A stretch of 63,881 nt of DNA, filler included, from Octopus bimaculoides (GCF_001194135.2; 9 parts of 7 records of this genome joined end to end with filler, not necessarily neighbours in it); one strand, 5' to 3'. Positions 1 to 13,281 are shown, counted from the first letter of the whole stretch. Notes: generated by a model from the sequence alone, not told the origin. Program-made: numbers and translations.

Positions 1-39
<39 letters not shown>

Positions 40-244
40 TACATATATGACGTTCGGTAGAAGAAGAAAATATTCGGCAACATTTCGAGAATTACTTTTA
101 TCATCTTAAAGTTATACATAAGGTCTTTCGCATTGAAATTCCAGTTGGAACTGCAGTAATAAACAAACGATGGATGGGCACAAGGTACCAAGCGTCGTTA
201 AGAGAAATAGCCGCTTGATAATTAAATATGTTTGGTTTAGATAT

Positions 245-547
245 GTGGTTTGAAGGTCAGTGTATTCACTAATGATCGTAAGGTCGTGAGTTGATTATGT
301 ACGGTGCGTTGCCTCCTTGAGCAAGACACTTTCTTTCATGTTGCTCCTACCCACTCAGCTACCAAATATGAGTAGTACCTGTATTTCAAAGGGCCAGCCT
401 TGTCACATTCTCTGTCACACTGAATTTCGCTTAGAAGTACGTTAAGGGAACACTTGTTTGTGGAATTCACAGCTACCTGCACGTTAATTTCAAGTACGGT
501 TTTTCGTTTCAAGTGGAACCCACATCGTTGTAACCGATGGAGAGCCA
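245..547 (+). mobile_element. tRNA-derived SINE (family C; CORE/V-like central block)
   Basis: Degenerate tRNA-like head, then CCTTGAGCAAGACACTT; the body matches the copies at 33819-34066 (-) and 35400-35640 (+). Confidence 0.6.
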
Positions 548-569
548 GATATATGATAAATTTTATGCT

Positions 570-815
570 GCTTTCTTTTTTCAGATTCTTTTCTTTTCTT
601 TTTTTTTTCATATTCTTTTCTTTTATTTTTTTGTTTCAGATTCTTTTCTTTTATTTTTTTTTTCAAATTCTTTTCTTTTATTTTTTTGTTTCAGATTNNN
701 NNNNNNNTTTCTTTTATTTTTTTTTTCAAATTCTTTTCTTTTATTTTTTTGTTTCAGATTCTTTTCTTTTATTTTTTTTTTCAAATTCTTTTATTTTATT
801 TTTTTGTTTCAGATT
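570..815. repeat. ~28-bp T-rich minisatellite with alternating variants (TTTCAGATTCTTTTCTTTATTTTTT / TTTCAAATTC...)
   Basis: Direct tandem units visible on both sides of a 10-N gap. Confidence 0.8.
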
Positions 816-1682
816 CTTGTCTTTTCTTTTTCTGTGTTATGAAGCTACATTAGTTCTACAAAAAATATACAGTCTTCTGTCAAATCACTCACGCTTAATA
901 AATAAATATATTTCATAATCAAAACAATAAACTATGTGTAAAATAAAGAAATATAATGAAAATTTTCCGGTTGTCTCCTTATTTCGATATATCAACACTT
1001 AGATAATAATAGTCCACTTAAATACATAGCCAAATCTGTAAATAACTCAATAACTCATAAAATACCCCAAGCCAAAACTTTAATATTCTTTATAAAACTT
1101 TAAACGGCTTTTGTATAAATTATGTAAAATGTTGAATATCTCCTTCCATCACTGAATGTATCATATACACACTTACGCGCATGCAAGCACACACATAAAG
1201 ACATACGCGCGCGCGCGCACACATAAGTATTAAAGATTGGATAATTATACATTCTTTAATCAGCTAACACACATTTCCGATAGATTAGCAAATTCCAAAA
1301 TTCTGCGATGCAGTACTCCTGCATACTAATCGATCCCAGATTTGACCAACTAAAATTCTACGGAGACAGAGAAATTAAGCGCTATCAGATTGGTATGAAA
1401 GCTATGCCACCCTGATTGGAATATAGAACATATTAATGAAGACAGAAACGAGTTAAGTTAATAATACTTGACGAGTATAAAGGGTAGGGATGTACCTTAG
1501 CAAACTTACTTATGAACTGCATTTACCATATCGTCCTAGAATCGTCAAATGATATTTAGATTCTTCAATGATGCCCGTCAACTTGGAAAATATTTATGAC
1601 AAAATTTCTAGCCCATACAAGTTATACAATAAACAATTATTTGTCACGAACGAGACGAATTTCATCATCGTCATCATCATCA

Positions 1683-1839
<157 letters not shown>

Positions 1840-2243
1840 GGGTGAGAGAGCAGTGCGTGCCATCAAAGTGGCACTGGGGTAAAATATACGAAGCCCAGTA
1901 TTTCCATCGTGACTATCCGTCTGATAAGGGTACACCAGGTACATTCATTACAACCATATATGCGTGACATGGTGATCTCATATCAAGATTAACAGCGCAT
2001 GACCTTGCAAGTGGGGCCCAGATAGAATTTTCTTCCGTTTGAGTAGCCCATCCCACTCAAAAGGTCCCTGAATAAGGGTTGATTAAAGATGTTGAACAAA
2101 ACACCCATGTTTCCAGAAGTGAATTATCCAAACCCCAAAGAATTCCTCTCAACACATGGCTATGGCGCTCCCCCTTAACTTCTGCTCGAGATCAAAGATG
2201 CACATATCGTCAGTCACTAAGGAACATGCTCAACTGATTAAGG
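1840..2243 (-). mobile_element. ~550-bp non-coding interspersed element (element D), copy 1, cut by a gap
   Basis: Closely similar to 4133-4578 and to the reverse complement of 17986-18538; abuts (TTA)n. Confidence 0.85.
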
Positions 2244-2343
2244 NNNNNNNNNNNNNNNNNNNNNNNNNNNNNNNNNNNNNNNNNNNNNNNNNNNNNNNNN
2301 NNNNNNNNNNNNNNNNNNNNNNNNNNNNNNNNNNNNNNNNNNN

Positions 2344-2378
<35 letters not shown>

Positions 2379-2643
2379 TTAACTATCTACCTTTTGGATG
2401 CTTGAAGAATAAGAATGATGAGTTTAGAGAGTGGATCAAGGGGAGTAACAGGTGGCAAGGAGGACAACTGGCTTCTTAGTAGAATTTTTTTTTTTATGGT
2501 CAAAAGTTGTATATTGAGGTGTGGTCTATGTATATGTATGTATGTGTGTGTGTTTGTGTGTGTGTGTGTATGTATGTATATGTATACATATATGTGTTTG
2601 TATATATATATATATATGTGTGTATATACATACATACATACAT

Positions 2644-2698
<55 letters not shown>

Positions 2699-2828
2699 GT
2701 ACTGGTATCTAGAAGACCCCAAGAGTGGCGGGTAACGCTAAGTAAGTGCTATGGACAGACCGTAGTTAAACCCTTCGTTCGATAGTGACACGAGTGAGGA
2801 GTCTAGTGTAGGTCTTGTATTAGCATGC

Positions 2829-3135
2829 ATATATATATTAGACAAAATGAAATAACAAAACCAAGGCTGTGAGGAGTTTTCAGGACATTTATAAGGAAAA
2901 ATATATATATATATAGTCTTACAGCTGCTTCTCGGATATTATCGATATCTCTTCATCAGAGAGGGTGTGAGATGGTTAAATTGATGTAAATAATTGAGAT
3001 ATATGGATATCCCTGATGAAGGGATATCTATAATATCCCAGAAACACCTGTAAAACCATATCTATATCTTTTCCCTTATAAATATCCTGGAAACTCCTCA
3101 CAGCCTTTGTTATCTCATTTTGTCTAATATATATA
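2829..3135. mobile_element. Head-to-head inverted repeat (~125-bp arms), each arm with a degenerate hammerhead core; Penelope pLTR-like
   Basis: 2829-2960 is the approximate reverse complement of 3012-3135; CTGATGA at 3013-3019 (+) and 2953-2959 (-); (TA)n at both outer ends. Confidence 0.7.
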
Positions 3136-3997
3136 AATATATATATATTATGTTAATAAATGTATTTCAGCTCAGTATTCAGTTACACAGATTTACGTAC
3201 TCGTGTGATTTATAACATTAAATTATTTTCGGAGAGAGTGACATACGTAAGCGAGTAGAAATGTAATCCAAGAAACAGGTGAAATCATTGACCATTTTCG
3301 TTTCTCATCGATAACACAGTTATTGCACTGAAAACATTAACTGTAACGTCGAAGTTTGAGATTAGGACATTTAATTATGTTCATCGGTTTGGCGCCATGT
3401 CTATGTAAGAAATGCATTTAACTAATCCAAGATGTAACAGCTTCTTCGGGGTGGAATACCTCGTCTAATGCTTCAGAGACGAAATGGTACTGCTGTTTAG
3501 TGTTAACTCAATATTCCTCGAAAACTTATCCAAAAGTTTATCCAAATTTGGGTTTTTACTATCTAACAACATATATATATACGCGTATCTGAGAGCATAT
3601 ACACTTGTGTATGTATGTATAAATGTGATGAATGTGTGTGTATATATATATATGTATATAAGGTACATGACATATATAGTTAAATAACAGAAGCCTATGT
3701 ATACACATATACATCCGCACATTCACAACATAAATTTATGCACGTAGTTGTGTGTGTTTATGAATGAATATATATAATTTTAAAGGATTTATTACAATAA
3801 GAATTGCTCAATAATAAATGCGTAATAAATCGTCACATACGCAGTCTCCAGCGTGATTTACGATGAAGACTTGCCTGTTCACAAGTGAATACACTATCGC
3901 TGCTGTGTTCCTCACCGGAAGACAGCTTCCGTACAGCGAATATCACGATGATACGATTCTTTTCTTTTCCAACAGTCTAATCTGTTGAGTGTATATG

Positions 3998-4090
<93 letters not shown>

Positions 4091-4132
4091 GCTGTTGTTG
4101 TTATTATTATTATTAGTAGTAGTAGTGGTATT

Positions 4133-4578
4133 GAGTGAGAGAGCAGTGCATGCCATCAAAGTGACACAGGGGTAAAATATACGAAGCCCAGTATACCCAT
4201 CATGACTACCCGTCTGATAAGGGTACACCAGGCACATGCATCACAACTATGTGTACGCGACATGGTGATCTCATATCAAGATAAACAACGCATGACCTCG
4301 CAGGTGGGGCCCAGTTAGAATTTTCTTCAGGTCGAGTGGCCCATTCCGCTCAAAAGGTCTCTGAATAAGGTTTGTTTAAGGATATTGAGCAAAACACCCC
4401 TGTTTCCAAAGGTGAATTATTCAAACCCCAAAGAATTCCTCTCAACGCATGGCTATGATGCTCCCCCACTACTTCTGCTCATGATCAGAGATGCACATAT
4501 CATCAGCCACCCAGGGACATGCTCAACTGGTTAAGGTCCAACAACTGACAGGCAAATCTGTGGTATTGAGCACAATAT
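4133..4578 (-). mobile_element. Element D, copy 2 (truncated), flanked by (TTA)n-type repeats
   Basis: Aligns by eye to copies 1 and 3. Confidence 0.85.
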
Positions 4579-4860
<282 letters not shown>

Positions 4861-4862
4861 AT

Positions 4863-5040
4863 AAAAAAGAGACCGGGAGTACTATACTGGCAGTGCAAGA
4901 TCAAGCTTTGGCCACGCACTGGAGGTTCACACCATAGGAATGTTTCCGGTGAGTCCATATCTCGAGCGAATGCCCAAGAATGCCCAAAATTATAATGTGA
5001 AAAACTGGAAGGTAAGGAGGACATTAGAAAGACAGTTTGG
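4863..5040 (+). mobile_element. R4/Dong-like RLE non-LTR retrotransposon fragment (pre-zinc-knuckle and zinc-knuckle region)
   Basis: Translates KKETGSTILAVQDQALAT and VHISSECPRMP, matching the ETE-x-LI-x-A-x-QDQAL-x-T and H-I-x-S-x-C motifs of R4-clade elements; starts directly after (TAA)n. Confidence 0.6.
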
Positions 5041-5499
5041 AATATATATAGTGGGTCTATAGTAAAGATGAAAAGAAGAAAGGAAGAGGAAAGTGAAATG
5101 TGATAGTGTGCATTGTATACAAATTATATGAACACATATATGATGCAATGTTCCTCAAACAGGGGAGTCTCCAACTTGGGCCAATAAAGAAACTCTACAG
5201 ATGCAGCATCACCCTGATCACCAAGGGCACAACCCTTACACAAATGTTGATGTCCAAACTACATGCATATCTTCAAAGTTGTTCCATTCATTTATCCTAA
5301 CCATTTATTCCACAGCTACCTACTTTTCAACATTCGTCAGCCAATGCACTTCCACCATCATCTTCAATTTCTTTTGAGAATGGAACTTGAAAAATTCCGT
5401 GTGTGCCTGTCATCAATCCTTTCCGCTCCATCCCCACCTAACTTCTTTTGTTATAGAACGTAGCCAGAAGAAAACTGTCTACCCGGCCTTGTAAAAAGT

Positions 5500-5800
5500 G
5501 AGTAGTATTGCGATCCTCTCGGTAGAGTCGACCAATAGCCAGATTATCCTATACTCAACAACCGCTAATCAACATAACTCCATAAGTCAACAATACTCGT
5601 ACATGTGCTGTATGGTTTCGTCACTTTGCTTAAATCTCGGACAGACTATCCCGAAACAATTTTTGCGAGTGTACAGTTTATCTCGGACCATAGTAATACT
5701 GTGAGGTCTGGATTTCTGGAAGTTATCCAAAGTGCTCTGAAACAGACCAGCATTTTCGTTTCCGTCGACGCCAAGTATTTTGCCCGAGAATGTCATGTCT
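5500..5800 (-). mobile_element. L1/Tx1-clade LINE 3' fragment (zf-RVT region), degenerate
   Basis: MVRDKLYTRKNCFGIVCPRFKQSDETIQHMYEYC resembles VRDKL...CPxCxxxxETxxHxxxxC; homologous to 55816-56430. Confidence 0.55.
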
Positions 5801-6512
5801 CTTACTCACAAATATATCTTTACATATTGCTAACATAAGAATTCTACAAACTGCGCAGGCTGACTAGCAGATGGAAACGCGCGTTGCAGGGTCTGCACCG
5901 AGTACTAATAACAAAATGGGGTGCACAAAAGACACCCAATGATTTTGTTCGCCAAGACACTAGGAAAAATGTAAAAGGTTTCTATGTAGTATCCTTCAAC
6001 CAAGTTTCCCCTAAAAATAAATGTCAATCCCAGGATAGGGTAGAAACCAGTTGCCTACAGCGACGAAAACCGATAATCGGGTTAGCGAAGTGAATTCTTT
6101 TAATACGTACTGCAATGACTACACCCAGTATCTAACATACTAAGATACAATTTACATGCAAATATAGATTTTCGAATTATGACATAAAACGTTCGTTTAT
6201 TTCATTCTTGACAAAATAGTCCTACAATATCTGGCTCCAGAAAACACTAATATGCGAATTCTAAAAGTGTCACAGACAGAATTCCAGAGATTTAGGTAGA
6301 GAAATTAGATGTACAAAAACTTCGCAGAATTAGTAGTATACTCTCGAGTAGACAACTTTTCATGGAAACAATAGAAAAATGGCGTTAAAGATACAGGATT
6401 TTATGAGCAACAGATAGTGTTTTAGTAATGGAAAATATCTGTATAATTAAATTGTCTGAGTAACCCCCCACACATACAGAACCACACATCCACACACTCA
6501 CACATGTGTGTA

Positions 6513-6629
<117 letters not shown>

Positions 6630-7023
6630 ATATATACGCACGCACACACACATAAATACATATATGCATATGTGAATATAATATCTGTATGGTTGCGTAA
6701 GAATTTCCGTACAGCGCGTATCTAAGTGTAAATGACAGATACACAACGGGTTAGTGGGGAAGTCAATAGACGATAGTGAACTATGTAATTAGGCTGTGTT
6801 GCTTGCTCCGCGGGAGAGTAGATGAATGGAGGATTAAAAATGGCTTTGTCTAGGAATTGATATATACAGTATTTATTATAAGTATATGTATATAAGCCCG
6901 TTTGTATGTATGTGAGTATATAAGTATGCTTATAAAAAAATGTATATGTTAATATATATATATGTATACATATACACACACACATATATACATATATACA
7001 TGCATGCATATATATATACATAC

Positions 7024-7073
<50 letters not shown>

Positions 7074-8882
7074 NNNNNNNNNNNNNNNNNNNNNNNNNNN
7101 NNNNNNNNNNNNNNNNNNNNNNNNNNNNNNNNNNNNNNNNNNNNNNNNNNNNNNNNNNNNNNNNNNNNNNNNNNNNNNNNNNNNNNNNNNNNNNNNNNNN
7201 NNNNNNNNNNNNNNNNNNNNNNNNNNNNNNNNNNNNNNNNNNNNNNNNNNNNNNNNNNNNNNNNNNNNNNNNNNNNNNNNNNNNNNNNNNNNNNNNNNNN
7301 NNNNNNNNNNNNNNNNNNNNNNNNNNNNNNNNNNNNNNNNNNNNNNNNNNNNNNNNNNNNNNNNNNNNNNNNNNNNNNNNNNNNNNNNNNNNNNNNNNNN
7401 NNNNNNNNNNNNNNNNNNNNNNNNNNNNNNNNNNNNNNNNNNNNNNNNNNNNNNNNNNNNNNNNNNNNNNNNNNNNNNNNNNNNNNNNNNNNNNTATATA
7501 TATATATATATATATATCTATATATATAAGCACACATATAGAGCTTGTATGACTTGAATGCCTTGCTCTAAGTGTGTGAAGCAGTAACTTTCATGGGCAG
7601 CAAATCATTGAAAAATAAACGACAAACAAACATAAAGAAACATTGATAATATGTATAATAATCGTTGCTGCCTTAGGTACAACGGCAGCGATTTTTTAGA
7701 GGGAAGGGACAATCAATTATATCGACTCCAGTGCTCACATGGTACTTATTTTATCGATGACGAAAAGATGAAATGCAAAGTCACCCTCAGCGAAATTTGA
7801 ACTCACATCGTAAAGGCAGAAGAAATTCCGTGAAACGGTAACGATTCTGCCAGTTCCCTACCATACTAATTGTTCCAAATCTTGGCACAAGTCCAGCAAT
7901 TTTACATGAAGAGTTTAGTCGATTATTTTGACTCCAGTACTAGGCTGGACCTTATTTTATCAAACCCGAAGTTGACCATGGCGGTATTTGAAACCAGATC
8001 GTAAAGAGCTGCTAAGCTTTTTGCCCGGTGCTCTAACGATTCTGCCAACCCATTGTTTCTCAATAATTTTAATAATTTAATCCTGTATGAGATGAGGAAT
8101 ATATGAAATTAAGTATTGGTGTCCTCATCTTGTTTGTTGCTTTCATTATTCTTCGGCTGTTGTACATTCCAGCCTTCTTCAGATGTCTCACCGCTCCGAT
8201 TAATACATTATATAAAAGTCCCTTACTTCGGAAATGCAGAATTGTATTATCCAATCGGTACAGAGCTGATATGAGACATCGACTGAGCTCTATAAGACTT
8301 TAAAAATTTACTCTCACACTGCCTACGAGTATAGCGTGATGGATAAAGGCGTTAGTGAGTGCAGTCACCTACAGGTTCCGATTTGAGTTCATTCCCTGGC
8401 AAAGTGCTAAGGTGACTCACAAGATACCTGAAAAAGGTTAGGTTATATACAACCGAAACGTAATGAACCAACAGTCAAGATGAAGACACCCATGCAAGAT
8501 ACTGTCTTTTGCCAGCTCGCCGCCCTTGTGGTAGCAGGATATTACGTCCAAAGTATACGATTTTCCTTTACGGCTGTACTCTCTGACTGGTGATCCAAAT
8601 TTGTATAAAATGGTGATACTGTAATTTAGGAATTCCATAGTAAGAATTTTTTCATTGTTACTGCCTCTCCAACAAATGTTCGCATCTTGGATACGCTGTT
8701 CGGTAAATATTGATCATATCGCTTCAATACATAAACTTTTATCGTGAGACTCCATTGACACCTCCAAATATTCTCCATTGACAGTTTGCATACACCTTTT
8801 ATTGATCAGCTCAGTGATGTCATTTACGTCAGTTTGTAATGTTACTTCGTAAAATTCTAGTAAATTATTGTATATTTTTACT

Positions 8883-9280
8883 CTTTTACTTGTTTCAGTC
8901 TTTTGATTGTGGCCATGCTGGAGCACCGCCTTTAGTCGAGCAAATCGACCCCAGGACTTATTCTTTGGAAGCCTAGTACTTATTCTATCGGTCTCTTTTG
9001 CCGAACCGCTAAGTTACGGGGACATAAACACACCAGCATCGGTTGTCAAGCGATGTTGGGGGGACAAACACAGACATACAAACACATTCACACAGACATA
9101 TATATATACATATATACGACAGGCTTCTTTCAGTTTCCGTCTACCAAATCTACTCGCAAGGCTTTGGTCGGCCCAAGGCTATAGTAGAAGACACTTGCCC
9201 AAGATGCCACGCAGTGGGACTGAACCTGGGACCATGTGGTTGGTAGGCAAGCTACTTACCACACAGCCACTCCTACGCCT
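8883..9280 (-). mobile_element. tRNA-derived SINE (family A), full length
   Basis: Minus strand starts AGGCGTAGGAGTGGCTGTGTGGTAAG (A box) and has GGTTCAGTCCC (B box), an internal microsatellite and a 3' GAAACAAGTAAAAGA tail; many sister copies in the window. Confidence 0.85.
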
Positions 9281-10200
9281 ATACACATCTTTTTCCAATA
9301 AGTAATTCATGCAATTCTTAGTTAATTCATAAGATAAGAGGTCCTAAACTAATTTTTGTCCTTCATTATGAAGTAGCCTTTATTGTCGCAAACTCCTTGA
9401 TAAATTGTTTGCTTCGTTCAGCAGAATGTCACTTAAACACATATCAACAGCGACCAATGCAACAAATGTGAATTGTGAATTTATAACCTAGAGAGAGAAA
9501 CTGGAAGAAACGATGCAGTTGTCACTAAATATTCTCTTTGACGCTGGTTTTGGAAAGACGCCATTTCTAAAACATCTATCTATGACTACATATTTCCACC
9601 CCCAAATAATGGAATCAGGTTTGTTAAGTTTGCATTTAGAGATATAGCAGTCTTTTATAGGAAGTCTACCAACATTCTTGTGTTAAAATATATATATGTA
9701 CCTAATAACAGAAGCATTATCTATATTTATCTCAGGGCATTCTTTTTTGCATATTTGCATTACATACCTTGCTTTCTTAACAACAGCATGTGCCAATAAG
9801 AAGTAGTATCTTGTTATTGGGGGTGGCACCTTATAATCAAATATGTAATATTGAACCTACTCTCAATAAAAGGTGCTATTAAATACAACTTTAGGGAAAT
9901 AGGTAAAGAAATATGTTCAGACTGCATAAAGATTTATAGACTTTATAAAACAGTGCAAGCACTATAAAACTGTATAAAGACTGCGTAAAATTATATGAAA
10001 CAACTGTATATGATTCAGCTATCTTTGTCTAAGGAGTTTTGTAGGGAAATACGAAACATGTGTGATGGTTATGTTTGCAGTATCAATAGCTGTGTCTACG
10101 GTTGGAATGCTATAAGCCTTACAGTAATAATTATGTGATAGCTGTTGTTTCTAGCACGCTAAGAAACATAGTTTTTAACGAGCTTTCGTTTATATTTAAT

Positions 10201-11287
10201 ATGCGACTGAAAAAGAAAATTTGGCAGCAAAGGCACAACGGCAAAGAGAAACACGGGCAACGGAATCAGATGAAACCAGGGCAAAGCGACTGAATTAGAT
10301 GCCTGAATATGCACGGAGACGTAGACATAATCGTGTTTAAGCTACACATGACCGACTCGAGAGGAGAATATTCTACTTCAAAATAACTGTGTCAGATCAC
10401 AAATTGATGATGCAACACTAAAGAGATCTTTTCTTTACGACCATGTGGAAGTAATGGAGTTGACAACCAATCACACACTTCTTACAGGTCATTCTGATGA
10501 AAGAGAGTTTGCTAGTTACCTTCTTGATGTAGGAAATGGTAACACTTTTGTTAAATAAAGCCTAGGTGAATTCAAAATCAAAGTACTCTTTAAGATCTAT
10601 GTGATTTTGCATATGCTGACCTAAAAAATAACTTCACAAACCCTGTGTGGCTTGGAAATAGAACCACCGTTACTCCAACAAATGAAGCAGCATAATTTGT
10701 GAATGATCCCTGATGAGCTACAAATATACAGACCAGATACAGTTGATAATGAAACTCTGTACCCAATCGAGTTCATCAACAAGCTTACAGCATCCGGGCT
10801 TCCACCACACATTCTCAAACTGAAGAAAAAACGATGCATAATGATTCTGAGAAGTTTGGATGCTACTAATGGACATTGCAATGTCACACACTACATCATT
10901 GTCAGTTTACATGATCATGTTATTGAGGCTGAGGTTCCGTCTTGTCCTTATGCAAGATCAACTCTGCTAATCCCAAGAATACCACACGTATCTCAAGAAA
11001 TGGAATTTCTATTTATATTTACACGCAAACAATTTCCTGTCAAGCTAGCTTTTGCCTTGACGTGCAACAGGATACAGAGACAAACTTTTGAACAAATTGG
11101 AATATATCCTCCGACATTATTCTTCTCTCATGGTCATCTGTATGTTGCAGTATCTAAAGTTCCAAAGAAGGCTAATGTAAAAGTTTTGGCTGAGAGAAAT
11201 GGAAACAGTATGATTACTGACAATTGTGTCTACAAGGAGATACTACTTTTAATCAAAATATGCTTTTTAGCAAGTTTCAATAAATAG
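10201..11287 (+). mobile_element. Helitron remnant: N-terminal R/E-rich repeat region joined to the C-terminal part of the PIF1-like helicase
   Basis: AKAQRQRETRATESDETRAKRL; LKRSFLYDHVEVMELTTN..FASYLLDVGNG; GLPPHILKLK; LIPRI; RKQFPVKLAFALTCNRIQRQT; FSHGHLYVAVSKV. All are degenerate Helitron RepHel motifs. Confidence 0.85.
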
Positions 11288-11503
11288 AATTAACACAAAC
11301 ATTATATGTAAAGTAACATATATTTGTGCGTAATTAACTTGTTTTGACATATTTCAACGCATACTGAATGAATGATATCGATATATTAGATCATTTTAAA
11401 TTTGGGTATATTTGAAAAAGTAAGGAAACGTCAGTCCTATGTGTTCCCATAGCACCAGTCTTTTGTGTGTTGAGTGTGTGTGTATCTCTCCATCCATCCA
11501 TTC

Positions 11504-11577
<74 letters not shown>

Positions 11578-12444
11578 GAACACCTATGTAAGTTCTACCA
11601 ATTATTAACCATCGATATATACATCAGATTGCCTCTTTAAAAAAGAGAGTTTATGACTGACGAAATAATGAAAGCAATATTTACTAAGCAAGTGAGCACT
11701 ATTATACAAAGAAATAATTAGACATAAAATACCATAAAAATTGTTAGAATTGGGAATCAAATGTGGAAATATTATCGAGTGGCTAGCAGAAAACCGTTGG
11801 GATGGCGGTCTTTCTTTTAGTATATATAAGTATTTATATCTATCTAATTTGCAACCAGTTTGATAAGTGCTAACGCACGAAATTCTATGCCCTACAGTCA
11901 TTCTGTTGTTTCTTCTAATTATTAATATAAGTACATATCTATAAGACATACGTATTGCTTATTATAAAGTAATGTTGTACATTATGGAAGTCGAAAATCA
12001 GCAGTGGCCTTGATGGAATAAGGTCCCACGCTTGCAAAAAAGAGTAAAGGTAGTAAAATGCAAAATATATGTATTTGTATGTACGCATATCTAAGTATGT
12101 GTATGTGTATGCTTTTGTTTATAGGCGCTGTTGTGAACAGGTTCCGAGTCGACATACCCGTGTGTATACGCGTCTTCTGGGGTATGAGTTTTTATTTATT
12201 ACTTTAGACGATATATGTGTGTGTCAGTGCGCGCCCGCGTGTGTGGTGTTGTTCAAACTTTAAACTGTATCGCAAATAGATAGTATTTAGGACACCATTT
12301 ATATATTCGTTTATATAATTCTGTGTGTGTGATTTCTTATGAATCCTGGGTCTCGGTGTTCCACGATGTACTTGTAGAAAATGAACTTAGTGATTCTTTA
12401 TATCTAGTTACACAATCTTCCATTCGTTCATTAACACAAGGCGA

Positions 12445-12613
12445 TTATTAGCTAATGTAAATTACACAATCAAATCTTATTGCCAAATCATCAGAGACAT
12501 GTAACTTTTATAGATAAAATTCTTGAATTATAGAAATGTTACTTATTAGGTTACACGTCTCTGACGATTTGACAACAGCCGTTGATTATACAATTTACAT
12601 TATGTAACTAATA
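12445..12613. repeat. Degenerate inverted repeat (~60-bp arms)
   Basis: Reverse complement of the left arm (TTACATGTCTCTGATGATTTGGCAATAAG...) matches the right arm (TTACACGTCTCTGACGATTTGACAACAG...). Confidence 0.6.
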
Positions 12614-13196
12614 CACTCCTTGTGTTAATGAAACTCTCATAAGATTGTGTGATTAAATATAGAAAAGTATAGCATGTACATATATATATATATATATANN
12701 NNNNNNNNNNNNNNNNNNNNNNNNNNNNNNNNNNNNNNNNNNNNNNNNNNNNNNNNNNNNNNNNNNNNNNNNNNNNNNNNNNNNNNNNNNNNNNNNNNNN
12801 NNNNNNNNNNNNNNNNNNNNNNNNNNNNNNNNNNNNNNNNNNNNNNNNNNNNNNNNNNNNNNNNNNNNNNNNNNNNNNNNNNNNNNNNNNNNNNNNNNNN
12901 NNNNNNNNNNNNNNNNNNNNNNNNNNNNNNNNNNNNNNNNNNNNNNNNNNNNNNNNNATATATATATATATATATATATAGTAAATGTAAGATCCAAGGA
13001 TCCAGGTGTGGGAAGTTAGTAAGCTTCGACCAGTCCGTAGAATGTACAAAAAAAAAACAAAATCGCTTTCATGAACAATACTAGTTTATAAGCGTAAACG
13101 GTTATCATTTTTCCCTACATTGATCAAATCTTGTGCGAATTAACTTGGGATCCCTTGACGACAATGTAACCTTTATTTAACTAAGGTATCTTTGGC

Positions 13197-13281
13197 CTGA
13201 CGAGTAGCTAGTGGAGTACCCCTCGTTGCGTAATTATAACTTGCGAGGTTCTGCTTGCTAAGAAACATATGTAACCTGGAT
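13197..13281 (+). ncRNA. Putative type I hammerhead ribozyme with long helix II
   Basis: CTGACGA (13197-13203), extended stem (TAGC/GCTA, CCTCG/CGAGG), GAAA (13262-13265), palindromic ACATATGT, GTA cleavage triplet; helix I weak. Confidence 0.45.

Noticed and set aside
3465-3975. Phase-compatible two-exon model on the minus strand (donor near 3838, acceptor near 3565)
   Set aside because: Weak acceptor, short product and no recognisable homology.
8103-8303. Short ORF with a signal-peptide-like hydrophobic start
   Set aside because: 66 aa in AT-rich DNA, where such ORFs are expected by chance.
10490-10720. CTGATGA matches inside the Helitron (also at about 45657 and 59716)
   Set aside because: No closing helix II plus GAAA-NUH arrangement; chance 7-mers.
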